Of a DNA stretch of 64,000 nt, positions 1 to 10,366 are shown one piece after another. Location of the stretch: contig CBDDIJ010000003.1 of NCBI GenBank assembly GCA_965228855.1, positions 2,752,001 through 2,816,000 of the forward strand, in the 5' to 3' direction. A model generated the notes under the pieces. That model ran no database searches and was not told the DNA's origin. It worked only from the letters and a program-made list of their open reading frames with translations. Numbering within the stretch: position 1 is the first letter of the stretch; each line of letters opens with the position of its first letter. The DNA comes from Candidatus Obscuribacterales bacterium (GTDB lineage Bacteria > Cyanobacteriota > Vampirovibrionia > Obscuribacterales > Obscuribacteraceae). Made by a program: the position numbers and the translations under genes.

Positions 1-294
1 GTAGTGGTTGTTACGGATGCCGCTCTGGACCCGATCTCGGCGAAGAAGATGGCACAAAGCTGTATGACCGGCTTGACTGACGTTGTCTATCCGGCTTGCA
101 CCATATTTGATGGCGACCTTGTTATAGCTGTTTCCATCGGTGACGTTCAGGAAGACCTGACTCACCTCTGTTTACTGGGACAGGACCTGGTCAGCGAAGC
201 CATCATCGGCGGGGTGAAAGCAGCACGATCCGCGCCAGGTTTGCCCGCATACGAAGAAGAACCCTGGTACGCGGACGACCAATCAGAACTTTAA
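1..294 (+). CDS. P1/S58 (DmpA-like) peptidase, C-terminal part (5' end outside the window)
   Basis: Frame is open from the window edge. VVVTDAAL..AKKMAQ..GL...YPACTIFDGDLVIAVS resembles the C-terminal FDGD region of DmpA/P1 peptidases. Confidence 0.7.
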   Translation, partial: VVVVTDAALDPISAKKMAQSCMTGLTDVVYPACTIFDGDLVIAVSIGDVQEDLTHLCLLGQDLVSEAIIGGVKAARSAPGLPAYEEEPWYADDQSEL

Positions 295-498
295 CATACA
301 GTTCGGCTTAGCTTTGACGCGGCAGCACGGCAGACGGGAGTGACCACTTCGAGATAAGAAGCTGGAGACGACCGGAAAGAAGAGCAAGAATGGATTCCCG
401 ACATCAGCTGCCGAACTCTGTTATAGTGACACTTGTAACCAGCAAAAGCAAGCTGGTGCCGCGAGGCAGCCATCAGAAACGCACGTAAAAAAAATCAT

Positions 499-1404
499 AT
501 GTCAAAGAATTCCCGCCGGTTTAACATGGCGCTTTTACTGTCTGTTTCGATCGCATCAGGCGTCTCCATTCCTTGTTTTGCCGAGGACAGCAAAACAACT
601 AGCAGTTCATCGAGTGACCTTAATTCCGGTGACTCACTTAGCAACGACAGAGACAAAAGCACACTGTCGCCGGATGAAAGAAAAGACTCGCCGGAAGAAA
701 CAAGAAAAGACGGAACACCCCAGCAGACGGGCGACAAAACCACTGCAGCGCCGGGAAAAGATAACCCTTTTGACGGCAACTCATCTGGTGTCACAGATGG
801 TGCCGAGTCGGTGGAGGCAGGTCCTGATGCGCGCGACTCAAGTTCAGTTACGCCTTCAAAAGCTGCCGTCCCGCCGGCTCCGACCGCCGAGCAGCTGAAG
901 AAACGCAACGAGGCCTTCGGTAAGGCTGCGCAATTTATGGCGAAGAAGCAATACGACGACGCTATCAAGACTTTCGATGCAGCCTGGAAAAGCGGTGGAG
1001 ACAACGGTGAAGCCTTAATTTACATGGGCGCTTGTTATTACTCGAAGCGTCAGTATCCGCAGGCGCTAAAACAATACCAGCTCGCCTCAGTTAAGGGTAC
1101 CGATTTCAAAACCCGTCACAAAGCAGAAGGCATGGCAGCGAAATTAGCAATGTACATGCGGGGAGTTTGCCCCGACACCTGCTTGAAAGCAAGCACGCCC
1201 GGTTGGCAATATCGAGACGTGAACGGACGGCCCAGTAATAAACTTTGGATGCATTTTCGATACAGTACAAGCAACGGTTCCGGCACAGTCGCCTACACTC
1301 AGGGACATATAGGAGAGAAGATAGGAACAGTAAACGGCGTGCCGAAATCGATCGGTAAGTGCCCCACATGTGGTGGCACTGGTCGAGTTTCACTTCCTAA
1401 GTGA
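499..1404 (+). CDS. Secreted TPR-containing protein with Cys-rich C-terminal domain
   Basis: Signal-peptide-like N-terminus, low-complexity linker, TPR-like helices (ALIYMGACYYSKRQYPQALKQY), and C-terminal CPDTC...H...CPTC. Confidence 0.7.
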   Translation: MSKNSRRFNMALLLSVSIASGVSIPCFAEDSKTTSSSSSDLNSGDSLSNDRDKSTLSPDERKDSPEETRKDGTPQQTGDKTTAAPGKDNPFDGNSSGVTDGAESVEAGPDARDSSSVTPSKAAVPPAPTAEQLKKRNEAFGKAAQFMAKKQYDDAIKTFDAAWKSGGDNGEALIYMGACYYSKRQYPQALKQYQLASVKGTDFKTRHKAEGMAAKLAMYMRGVCPDTCLKASTPGWQYRDVNGRPSNKLWMHFRYSTSNGSGTVAYTQGHIGEKIGTVNGVPKSIGKCPTCGGTGRVSLPK

Positions 1405-1599
1405 GCATGAGATGCCATCGCTGTTGGTGGCATGTGAGCGAGAAACGGTCATGCAAGTCGAGCAGCCGAAGCCGACGCGAGAGGTTTAGCGCCTGGAGGA
1501 CAACTGCATACAATCGATATACAACAGGCAACTTGATTTCTGTTTCATACTTCGATCAACATTGAAGTTGAGCTAAATCAAGTGAGATAATTAGTCACG

Positions 1600-2784
1600 A
1601 TGACTATAATACAGAGCCACGGCCACCAACTACCGGACGGAAACGACGCGGCGTACACTCCTCGACAGAGCGAAGTCGCGGCAAGAGCAATCTCACCATT
1701 TATGGCAGGCGAACCAAAGAAACCAAACCGAACTACGATTCTGTCGTCGGATGAAACATCCTCCGACCAGAAGTCCGATTCGACTTTGCGCCCTGATTCG
1801 CTAGACCAATACATAGGACAGTCGCGTTTGAAAAACATGCTGAAGATGTCGATCTCGGCAGCTAAGACGCGACAGGAGCCAATCGATCACGTTTTACTTT
1901 ACGGTCCGCCAGGTCTGGGCAAGACTACGCTCGCCAGGGTTATTGCAAACGAAATGGGCGCGCGCATACATATGACCTCCGGTCCGAGCCTGGAAAGACC
2001 TCGCGATATCGTAGGTCTCGTGCACCAGTTGGAGCAGGGTGACGTTCTGTTCATCGACGAAATTCACAGGCTCAACAAGGTTGCTGAAGAACTTCTGTAT
2101 CCGGCAATCGAAGATTTCGTAATTGATTTGACCTCGGGCAAGGGTCACGCAACGCGCTCGATGCGCCTGCCGCTCCCGAAGTTCACACTGGTCGGAGCAA
2201 CTACCAAAGCCGGTAGTATATCAAAAGCGCTGCGCGATCGATTCGGGTTCGCCTGCAGATTAGAGTTCTACGACATGGACGAATTATCCCTGATCGTAAG
2301 CCGCACCTCCGGCTTGCTTGGCGTCAAGGCGGACCCGGGAGCGGTCAAAGCCATTGCATCGAGAGCGCGTGGCACGCCACGAATCGCGAACCGACTCGTG
2401 CGTCTGGTGCGCGACTTCGTTCAATTTCAGGGCTCGGATGCAATCAACGAAAAGCTGGCGATTCAAGCGCTGGAAACCTATCAAGTCGATGATTTCGGTC
2501 TCGATAACACCGATAGGCGCTTCCTGGAGATCCTGATTAATAACTACGCAGGTGGACCGGTAGGAATCGAGACGATTGCAGTCACGCTCGGCGAAGACAA
2601 CGAGACTCTCGAAGATGTCTACGAGCCGTTTCTCATTCAATCCGGCTTCATCAATCGCACCCCGCGCGGACGGGTCGCGACACTGCGCGCATATCAGCAC
2701 CTCGGATTAACACCGACAACATCCCAACAACTAAAACTCGACTTCAGTGAGCCTGAGTCCTCAGAGCCGGACAAAGGAGACTGA
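1600..2784 (+). CDS. ruvB: Holliday junction branch migration helicase RuvB
   Basis: LRP..LDQYIGQ, GPPGLGKTT, FIDEIHRL, RGTPRIANRL, YEPFL, RTPRGR. N-terminal extension makes the start uncertain. Confidence 0.97.
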   Translation: MTIIQSHGHQLPDGNDAAYTPRQSEVAARAISPFMAGEPKKPNRTTILSSDETSSDQKSDSTLRPDSLDQYIGQSRLKNMLKMSISAAKTRQEPIDHVLLYGPPGLGKTTLARVIANEMGARIHMTSGPSLERPRDIVGLVHQLEQGDVLFIDEIHRLNKVAEELLYPAIEDFVIDLTSGKGHATRSMRLPLPKFTLVGATTKAGSISKALRDRFGFACRLEFYDMDELSLIVSRTSGLLGVKADPGAVKAIASRARGTPRIANRLVRLVRDFVQFQGSDAINEKLAIQALETYQVDDFGLDNTDRRFLEILINNYAGGPVGIETIAVTLGEDNETLEDVYEPFLIQSGFINRTPRGRVATLRAYQHLGLTPTTSQQLKLDFSEPESSEPDKGD

Positions 2785-2790
2785 GGCGGT

Positions 2791-4074
2791 TTGATCGATT
2801 TATCTAGACGAGCAGCCCTGTTGAAACCGGCGATAGCGGCAATCTTCGTATTGCTCGTCGCCTTGTCGGCACCAGTTTCAACGCCGGCAGAGCCGGCGTC
2901 ATCCAAGCCGCTCCCGGTCAAGTCCGTCACGATCGAGAGCGCAATTGAAACAATCGATTCCGGCAAGAATTCCGTAACTATTCAGGCGCCGGAAAAAATG
3001 AGTGATACTGCCGGCGGTTCTACCGTCTTCGGCGGCTCATCCATCGACGAAGAGATGGTTATTGGGAAAGTGTTGTCGGTTTCAAAACCGAAAGTGAATA
3101 AAGAGCTGTTCGCCCACACCGGCATGGTCACTGAACATCAACAGGTCCGCGTGCGAGTTCTCGAAGGAGCATTGAAAGGCAAAGAATTCGTCATCCCGCA
3201 CGAACTGACCGACAACCCGGCGTTCAACGTCGCAGTTTCCGAAGGTCAAGAAGTTGTTCTGGCAATCGCACCAGGAAAAAGCAATGAGCTCGAAGTTAGC
3301 ATCGCAGATTATCACCGGGCACCGATTATCTACGGTTTGCTCGCAGTCTTTCTGATAGCGTTTCTCGCCTTCGGCGGCAAGAAGGGCGTCAAATCTCTCA
3401 TAGGCTTAGCCATAACGGTTCTATTGATCGGTGGAATTCTTCTACCTTTAAGCCTGCAGGGCTTCAACCCGCTGCTTTCCTCAATCGGCATCTGTTTTCT
3501 AGCAGGAACGACAAGCATTTTACTGATAGGTGGCATTTCAAAGAAATCGCTCTCGGCGATAATTGGCACCGTCGGTGGTGTCATCATTGCAGGTGTCGCC
3601 TCGCAAATCGTGATCGAGTTAGCTCCGCTCAACGGTCTATCCAGCGAAGAAGCGCAGATTCTGCGGGGCTCCGTACTCGTGCAGCAAATGCCGTTTTACA
3701 GTGGTCTGCTCGCAGCCGGAATGTTGATTGGCGCATTGGGCGTTATCATGGATGTCGGAATTTCAATAGCGTCTTCTGTCACCGAAGTAGCAAAGACCGA
3801 TTCGACGTTAACAACAAAACAGCTTTTCGACTCCGGAATGAACGTCGGCCGCGATATCATGGGTACAATGACCAACACGCTGATACTCGCATACGCGGGC
3901 AGCGCGTTACCGCTCTTGCTGCTGGCAACACAGATGCCATCAATAAAGTTGCTAAATCTGGACCTGTTTGCAACTGAAGTGGCCTCGGCACTCACCGGAA
4001 GTCTTGGCTTGACATTCACTATCCCACTAACTGCATTCGCAGCTGCAAAGTTGATGTCGGAAAAACGACAATGA
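2791..4074 (+). CDS. YibE/F family membrane protein
   Basis: GALGVIMDV, GMNVGRDIMGTMTNTLILAYAG, GSLGL..TIPLT motifs and multiple TM segments. Confidence 0.9.
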   Translation: MIDLSRRAALLKPAIAAIFVLLVALSAPVSTPAEPASSKPLPVKSVTIESAIETIDSGKNSVTIQAPEKMSDTAGGSTVFGGSSIDEEMVIGKVLSVSKPKVNKELFAHTGMVTEHQQVRVRVLEGALKGKEFVIPHELTDNPAFNVAVSEGQEVVLAIAPGKSNELEVSIADYHRAPIIYGLLAVFLIAFLAFGGKKGVKSLIGLAITVLLIGGILLPLSLQGFNPLLSSIGICFLAGTTSILLIGGISKKSLSAIIGTVGGVIIAGVASQIVIELAPLNGLSSEEAQILRGSVLVQQMPFYSGLLAAGMLIGALGVIMDVGISIASSVTEVAKTDSTLTTKQLFDSGMNVGRDIMGTMTNTLILAYAGSALPLLLLATQMPSIKLLNLDLFATEVASALTGSLGLTFTIPLTAFAAAKLMSEKRQ

Positions 4075-4967
4075 AGCGCATATTGTTTGGTTGGATTCTC
4101 TGCCTCACCGCGGTGGGTGGTGTTATGGCAGGCGGTTTGCTTTTTTCCGTGCTGCTTGCCATCGGTTGCATTCTGGGTGGCAAAGAGTTCATCGCCATGG
4201 CGCAGGCGAAGGGATATAAACCATCGTCACGCATCGTCATTGGCATGATTATCGCCTTCGTCGTGCTGGCGTCTTTGCCGAAAATTCCAGGTATTCATCT
4301 GCCGGAGCCGTTTCCCCTCTCGCACTATCCAATTTTGCTCACTGTCGGAATCTGTATTTCATTTTTCCGCCTCGTCTTGCGAAGTGAAAAACCGCCCGCA
4401 ACAATCGCCGATATCGCCTCGACAATCCTGGGTTTCATCTATGTCGGTTGGATGCCAAGCCACTTGATTCTCCTGCGCAACCTCGCACCGGAAGGTCAGG
4501 CCTACATCTGGAATCCGCTACAGCAGCCCGGTTTGGCATACGTATGGGTAAGTCTTTTCATCATCTGGGCAACGGACGTTTTTGCCTATTACGTAGGCAA
4601 GAAGTTCGGCAAGAATCTGCTTATTCCTGAAATCAGTCCGAAGAAAACAGTCGAAGGCGCGCTTGGCGGACTGCTTTCCGCGATATTCTGGGCTACTGTC
4701 GTCGTGTACGTAGCCGACCACTATTGTTTTCCCAATGCGCCATTTCAGTTTAAGCTCTGGCAAGCTCCTCTCATGGGACTGTTTGTGTCAGCTGCATCTC
4801 AACTTGGCGACTTGTGTGAATCTTTGCTGAAACGTGACGCCGGCATGAAGGACTCGAGCAATTTGATCCCCGGGCACGGCGGATTCTTGGATCGCGGAGA
4901 CAGCCTTCTCTTTGGTGCCCCAATCTCGTACTACTGGATCAAGATGGTCGTGCTCGGAATTCTGTGA
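4071..4967 (+). CDS. cdsA: Phosphatidate cytidylyltransferase
   Basis: ISPKKTVEG, GDLCESLLKRDAGMKDS, IPGHGGFLDR. ATGA overlap with the upstream gene. Confidence 0.95.
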   Translation: MKRILFGWILCLTAVGGVMAGGLLFSVLLAIGCILGGKEFIAMAQAKGYKPSSRIVIGMIIAFVVLASLPKIPGIHLPEPFPLSHYPILLTVGICISFFRLVLRSEKPPATIADIASTILGFIYVGWMPSHLILLRNLAPEGQAYIWNPLQQPGLAYVWVSLFIIWATDVFAYYVGKKFGKNLLIPEISPKKTVEGALGGLLSAIFWATVVVYVADHYCFPNAPFQFKLWQAPLMGLFVSAASQLGDLCESLLKRDAGMKDSSNLIPGHGGFLDRGDSLLFGAPISYYWIKMVVLGIL

Positions 4968-5011
4968 GAACGTTTCCGCGCCGCTAAACGACTAAACGAC
5001 TAATTGTTTCC

Positions 5012-5047
5012 AAAACAAAAACTGCCGGAGCCATGAGGCGCCGGCAG
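5012..5047 (-). terminator. Intrinsic terminator downstream of tRNA-Ser
   Basis: ctgccgg...ccggcag hairpin (5022-5047) followed on the minus strand by TTTTTGTTTT. Confidence 0.7.
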
Positions 5048-5055
5048 AATTTCTA

Positions 5056-5145
5056 CGGAGAGGGTGGGATTCGAACCCACGGTACAGCTTTTGACCGTAC
5101 AACTTCTTAGCAGGAAGCCGCTTTCGACCACTCAGCCACCTCTCC
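5056..5145 (-). tRNA. tRNA-Ser(GCT)
   Basis: Reverse complement GGAGAGGTGGCTGAGTGGTCGAAAGCGGCTTCCT-GCT-AAGAAGTTGTACGGTCAAAAGCTGTACCGTGGGTTCGAATCCCACCCTCTCCG has a long variable arm and GTTCGAATC T-loop. CCA is not encoded. Confidence 0.97.
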
Positions 5146-5287
5146 GGGCAGACATAAAGTATATGATACCAGACTGGCTTTTGCCAAAGGCAAGTTAAGC
5201 TACGCCTTTATAAATGTAGGCGCAATTCTCTTGAAAACAAGGTTGTAGAGAGCGTTCAAACCAACAAAATCATTTGCGACGCATAGA

Positions 5288-8200
5288 CTAAACGCTGGAG
5301 ATCTCGTCCAGAAGCTGAGTTAAGCGATCCTTTGTCGACTTCAAGCGCTTTGTGTTTTCCATGACAAGCTGAACGGACTCGAAATTGCCGCTTTGCATTG
5401 CCTCTACTCCCGCCTCTTGCAAAGTTTTCATTGCGCGGTCCAATTCACTGATGATTCCGGACAAGTTGCCGAGCGTGTGGCGCTGAGCATCTTCAACTAG
5501 TTTCGCAATATCCGAAGCATCCGCGGACGACAACGAAGCCGCTGGAGCAGCGCTCGGCATCGGCGGGGGCGAGAAAGGCGAGGGTGGAGGCGGTGGAGCA
5601 GCAAGTGCCCCCGGAGCGGTTACCGGCTCGGCAGGAGAATGCGGCGGCTCCGGATGCGTAGGTTTAAGCAAAGACTGCAGCGTGGGACGTTTTCCCTGTG
5701 CATCGGGAAGAGTGGTTGGCTCCTCCTGCGGCTCGGGCTCGTTTTCCATCCCAAAATCGACTTGCACTGCCGGAGCGCGATTCTCATCGCGAGGCGACGG
5801 AGGTGCAGCATCATGCAGAATGCTTTTACGAACCAGCCCAGCTAAACCGCGAGGCGCGGTCGGAGGGGGTTCCGCTGGTGCAGACGGCATCTGTGTATCA
5901 ACCTGTTCCGGCATCGGTGGAGCGTAGGGCTCCGGAGCCGGGGGAGGTTGAACCGCCAAAGGCGGGTGGTCACCGGTACTGGAAGACGACGTATCATCGG
6001 AACCGGAGGTATCGGCAACCGAGTCCGCTCCTACGTCGGCAGCAGCTGCTGTTTCAGATGATTCAGACACGTCGGAGGCAAATTCAGATGTTTCTTCGGC
6101 AGAATCTGGATCTGAAGTCGATTCAAAGTCTGACTCCGCCGTCGCTGGAACCTCTTCCTCAGCAGGCGGCTCGACCGCTTCCTCGAACTCGGAGTCGTCA
6201 TATGCAGCGGCTGATAGCTGTTTAGTCGGTGCAAACGGATCGTGCTGCAGGGTCTCCATTGTTTCCTCTGCAGAGGAAACAAGCTCCTCATCCGACTCCA
6301 ATCGAGGTGGAGGAGCAAAAGGCGACGGGTGAGGCAATTGAAGCTCGGCCGCAGGTTCAGGCTCAGATTGAGATTGCGATTGCCCCTCAGCTTCAGCTTG
6401 AGCCTCAGCCTCGGCTTGAGCTTCTAATGACTTCAACGAAGGCAAGTTTGTCTGAGACTTGCGTGTAACATCGCTAAGAGCAGGCTTTATCTCCGCGGCG
6501 TCCGGAGCCGGTTGCTGAGCTTTGGAAGCAGAAAGCGACAGAGAAGCCCATGGCGAGGGCGGCTCTTTGCCATCGTCCGCATTCTCACCCATCGATGGGT
6601 GCATGCCGGATTCCTCTGGCAAAAGCGCGGAATTTACACGCTCTCTTTCCTGTGGAGCGCCAAACAATGCGCCAGGTGGACGCAGCACGCCGGAAGCTTC
6701 TTGTTCTCCCGTTGAGGTTCCATAAGCTGCATTTTGCGAGCTCGAAACTGCTTGATTGTTTGTGCTCGAGACGGATTGAATCTGAGAACTTGAAACCGTC
6801 TGGTTATCACCGGTGGTCGTAGCAGAACTTGAAGCACCTGGACCGGAACCAAATGGGATGCTCGAACCGAAACCTCCCGGCGGTCCGCTCAGGAAGCCAG
6901 GCGGCGGCTGTAGAACACCAGGCGGGTTCGTACTGGATTGCGATGGGGCCGCTTGGGGTGGGAAGTTTGGCATTGAAGGTGGTGGCTGAAAACCACCTGG
7001 TGGTGTCGGAGCCAACCCTGGAGGCGCACTCGAAGCGCCGAAACCGGGAGGCGGCGCACCCATTCCTGCTGGATTGGCAAGGGCTCCGGGCGGCGGCGGC
7101 ATTCCCGCGGCTCCAGGAGGTGAGGGCATCCCCGCAGCTCCAGGCGGTGAAGGCATCCCGGCAGCTCCGGGCGGAGAGGGCATTCCTGCGGCTCCTGGCG
7201 GTGATGGCATCCCCGCAGCTCCAGGCGGCGAGGGGAATCCCGCGGCTCCAGGCGGCGAGGGCATTCCTGCCGCTCCGGGCGGTGAAGGCATTCCTGCAGC
7301 TCCAGGCGGCGAAGGCATTCCTGCGGCTCCAGGCGACGAAGGCATTCCTGCGGCTCCAGGCGACGAAGGCATTCCCATCGGTGCGCCGAGAGCACCGGGA
7401 GGCGTTGGTAGACCAGGGACGGGCGGCATCGCAGTCGCCCCCGGGGACGGCGGCATAGCAGTACTCCCGGGAGCAGTGAACGCGGCGAACGGGCGCGACT
7501 GTCCGGCTTGCGGAAGAGAAGTCGAGCTGTTCGTTGGACCATTGCCGGCTGCAGCTTCAGCACGCGCAGCCAAACGCGCCGGGCGATCCGTCACACCGAC
7601 GTTTGCCCGAGCCAGTGCCTGGGCATTCGCGCGGTCTGCTTCTTCTTGCTGAGCGGCTTCGGTCATCAATCGCTTCAGCTTTTGCGAGCGAGACTCCTTC
7701 GGTGGACCGCTTTCATGAGAAAACTCGTTTTGCCCCTCCAAAAAACTCTCGAACGAGCGATCGACCACAACTTCTTCCTCAACGACTTGATCGGAGGTAG
7801 CGTGATGGAATTTCTCATCCGGGGCGGCTTCGTTATTGGCGATTCTCACCAGCTGAGTAATAAGACGTCGAGCAAGTTTTGGAATCTCCCGAGAAGACAG
7901 GAGCTTCCCGTTGAGCGCCCATGCAATATCATCGCTCCGGGTGGGATGACGTTTGATTTCGATGTACGGCTCATAGTCTTCACTGGGGGAGAAACCGACC
8001 AAGAGTTCGGTGGGAATGAAGTATCCATCAGCCTCAAGCTCTTCAGCCCACAGGAAAAATGTCCACTGACGGGAGGCGAGGTGACCGCGCATGAAGCGTG
8101 TCTTCTTCATGTACTCGACTTTCTCATGCCAGCTGGACGGACGCTCCACACTGATCTTCATATCCGGATCTTCGGAGACTTTATTGAGTTCGTAGCTGTA

Positions 8201-8491
8201 GCGCTGAAGGTGGTCGAAAAGTAGATCGAGCAAAGCCGGCATGGACAGCTGTGAATCATCGACCAGACTGCCGCTTGCTATCGCTTCCTCCGCAGATGTC
8301 GGATTTTCTTCGAGGTGAGTCAACCATCGCGAAGTCTCCTCGCCGGTATATTTACCTCCCATACCGCTTAAAATTCTCTGCTTCGATTCGAGAATTCGCC
8401 GCTTCAGATCTGGCTTTTCCGGAGGAGCACTCGGGGTGCTTCCAAGCTGCGGCAGTGGGTTGGGGTGTCGGTTTTCTTCATCGTCGCGCAT
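5288..8491 (-). CDS. Large Pro/Ala/Ser-rich hypothetical protein (N-terminal globular domain, long disordered centre, C-terminal helical domain)
   Basis: 1067-aa ORF with an upstream AAGGA. Repeats keep frame and vary mainly at synonymous positions. Confidence 0.8.
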   Translation of the reverse strand: MRDDEENRHPNPLPQLGSTPSAPPEKPDLKRRILESKQRILSGMGGKYTGEETSRWLTHLEENPTSAEEAIASGSLVDDSQLSMPALLDLLFDHLQRYSYELNKVSEDPDMKISVERPSSWHEKVEYMKKTRFMRGHLASRQWTFFLWAEELEADGYFIPTELLVGFSPSEDYEPYIEIKRHPTRSDDIAWALNGKLLSSREIPKLARRLITQLVRIANNEAAPDEKFHHATSDQVVEEEVVVDRSFESFLEGQNEFSHESGPPKESRSQKLKRLMTEAAQQEEADRANAQALARANVGVTDRPARLAARAEAAAGNGPTNSSTSLPQAGQSRPFAAFTAPGSTAMPPSPGATAMPPVPGLPTPPGALGAPMGMPSSPGAAGMPSSPGAAGMPSPPGAAGMPSPPGAAGMPSPPGAAGFPSPPGAAGMPSPPGAAGMPSPPGAAGMPSPPGAAGMPSPPGAAGMPPPPGALANPAGMGAPPPGFGASSAPPGLAPTPPGGFQPPPSMPNFPPQAAPSQSSTNPPGVLQPPPGFLSGPPGGFGSSIPFGSGPGASSSATTTGDNQTVSSSQIQSVSSTNNQAVSSSQNAAYGTSTGEQEASGVLRPPGALFGAPQERERVNSALLPEESGMHPSMGENADDGKEPPSPWASLSLSASKAQQPAPDAAEIKPALSDVTRKSQTNLPSLKSLEAQAEAEAQAEAEGQSQSQSEPEPAAELQLPHPSPFAPPPRLESDEELVSSAEETMETLQHDPFAPTKQLSAAAYDDSEFEEAVEPPAEEEVPATAESDFESTSDPDSAEETSEFASDVSESSETAAAADVGADSVADTSGSDDTSSSSTGDHPPLAVQPPPAPEPYAPPMPEQVDTQMPSAPAEPPPTAPRGLAGLVRKSILHDAAPPSPRDENRAPAVQVDFGMENEPEPQEEPTTLPDAQGKRPTLQSLLKPTHPEPPHSPAEPVTAPGALAAPPPPPSPFSPPPMPSAAPAASLSSADASDIAKLVEDAQRHTLGNLSGIISELDRAMKTLQEAGVEAMQSGNFESVQLVMENTKRLKSTKDRLTQLLDEISSV
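7086..7376 (-). repeat. 27-bp coding tandem repeat, about 10 copies (PGAAGMPSP)
   Basis: Ten consecutive PGAAG(M/F)P(S/P)(S/P) units in the translation. Confidence 0.92.
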
Positions 8492-8517
8492 TCTTAGCGG
8501 TTCCTTTTCTGTGTTTC

Positions 8518-9168
8518 CTATTTTTTGCGAAGTCTCACAAGGTAAAAACTTTTCTCAATCTCAGCAAATTCCACGAACAAATTGGTTTCTGCGCATAACG
8601 CCTCCAGTTCAGCTTCTCCGGGCAAACGATGAGGGACAATGTGCGGTTCGTTGCGATGCAAGGAATCAACGAAACCGAATCCCAGTGGATGACTGATAAC
8701 AATCTGCCCTTTCCCGCTCAGCAAACGAGCAGCTGCCGCCAACGATTCCTGCTGATCCCACATATTCCCGAAACAGGCATTGAAGAAAACAGCATCGAAT
8801 AACTCTATATGAACTGGAAATTCCGCTGGCAACGGAAGACTTAAACTCGCAATGTCGCCCTGATAGAAACAAACATTCGGAAATCGGCTCCTGGCAATGG
8901 TCAACATCTCGTTGGACAGATCGACTCCGACGATGTTTTCCGGCTTAACACCGGATTCCAGAAAGTGACCAACAAGCGCACCGGCGCCTGTTGCCACGTC
9001 TAAAACTGTCGATTGCGGTCCGAGATTGGCACTGGCAACAATTTTGCGCGTCTGTTTCAAAATCGAATCTGGAATAGGCTGCGCAAAGAAATTCGCGCGC
9101 TCATCGAAATAATCGCGCTGGGTTTCGATATAAGGTTCTTTATCCCCAGCAGGCTGCGTCTTGGCCAT
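8518..9168 (-). CDS. Class I SAM-dependent methyltransferase
   Basis: VLDVATGAG motif I, GVDLSNEML, FDAVF. Confidence 0.9.
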   Translation of the reverse strand: MAKTQPAGDKEPYIETQRDYFDERANFFAQPIPDSILKQTRKIVASANLGPQSTVLDVATGAGALVGHFLESGVKPENIVGVDLSNEMLTIARSRFPNVCFYQGDIASLSLPLPAEFPVHIELFDAVFFNACFGNMWDQQESLAAAARLLSGKGQIVISHPLGFGFVDSLHRNEPHIVPHRLPGEAELEALCAETNLFVEFAEIEKSFYLVRLRKK

Positions 9169-9313
9169 TGCAGCAGAAGTCCTCCAGTTTTTGGCGATAC
9201 AATGAGGAGGTAATCGACTCTCTAATTATTCCTCTCAGATAGCAGAAATTACTGCTGCAAGAAGAAAAGCAAAAGTATACAGACAGTTAGTTTGACGCGA
9301 TAAGTTGGTAGCA

Positions 9314-10354
9314 ATGGCTGGAAAAGACCAGAGCGAAAAACAAAAATCAAAAATTCGTCTCAAGGTCGACGCGACTGAGAGTGACAAAGAACGCGCCGCG
9401 AAAGAACGACTGAAGCAGCTAGAGAAAGAAGTGTTGCTGGAGAACGCAGCAAAGGGCGGCTCAGCAAGCGCTCTTTCGAGTGCTCAGATCGAGTCGATAA
9501 CGGCGGCACCACTTTCAGCGGAAACTCCGGCACTCGTCAAAGACGAAAAGCTCAGGCGCGAAACAGCCGAGACAATCTTCGCGACCCACTCGCACTCGAA
9601 GAAACTTGTGCTGTTCTGGGGCGTTCTAATCGCCAGCCTGGTGCTGTCAAAAATTCCGGGCGCAGAAATTTTCTTCACACCGCTAAACCAATTCACAACC
9701 CTCGTGCACGAGATGGGCCACGCAATAGCGGCCGTGCTTGCCGGCGGACATGTTGCAAGTCTTACGATTGTTGCTGATGGTCAAGGGCACGGCGGTTTAA
9801 CTCAGTCGTATGGTGGAATCCCATTTTTCACCACCCAGGCAGGTTACTTAGGCACGGCTGTATTCGGATGCTTTCTTGTTTGGCTCAGCCAGTTTCACAA
9901 ACTCTCAAAAGGCATCTTGGTAGGCATAGGCTCAATCATCGCGATCGCTTCGGTGTTTTTCATCGCTCCTGGTTTGCTGAGCATCAACTTTATGCAGGGA
10001 TTTTTCAGCTTGCTCTGGGCATTAGCCATGGCGGGCGCCGCAATATATGCGGGTTTGAAACTCAAAGATTCCAATGCCAATATCGTAGTGATGTTCCTGG
10101 CGGTTTACACGGCGATGGATAGTTTGCGAGCCATAAGTATCATCATCACGGCAACGCTTTTAGGCTCCGCTGTTACTTCCGATGCGACACACATGGAGCA
10201 GCTTTTTATCCTTCCTGCATTTTTCTGGGCCATACTTTGGGCGACACTATCGGCGGTGATGCTCGCGACAACGGTATGGTTTACTTACGGGGTTAAGAAC
10301 GTGAAGGCGCCGAAAAAGATTTCGGCTTTCTCGCTTATGAAACCGAAGAAGTAA
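9314..10354 (+). CDS. M50 (M50B-like) family membrane metallopeptidase
   Basis: HEMGH zinc motif, GG.T, AGY, SDA motifs and many TM helices. ATG at 9314 preferred to TTG at 9305. Confidence 0.85.
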   Translation: MAGKDQSEKQKSKIRLKVDATESDKERAAKERLKQLEKEVLLENAAKGGSASALSSAQIESITAAPLSAETPALVKDEKLRRETAETIFATHSHSKKLVLFWGVLIASLVLSKIPGAEIFFTPLNQFTTLVHEMGHAIAAVLAGGHVASLTIVADGQGHGGLTQSYGGIPFFTTQAGYLGTAVFGCFLVWLSQFHKLSKGILVGIGSIIAIASVFFIAPGLLSINFMQGFFSLLWALAMAGAAIYAGLKLKDSNANIVVMFLAVYTAMDSLRAISIIITATLLGSAVTSDATHMEQLFILPAFFWAILWATLSAVMLATTVWFTYGVKNVKAPKKISAFSLMKPKK

Positions 10355-10366
10355 GCCCGTTTCGCC

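Noticed and set aside
5056..5145. tRNA-Ser as the integration site of a genomic island
   Set aside because: No integrase and no duplicated tRNA 3' end were found in the window.
6829..7652. Alternative-frame repeat ORFs (e.g. 7074-7652 GGEGIPAAP, 6889-7563)
   Set aside because: These are shadow frames of the 27-bp repeat within the 1067-aa gene.
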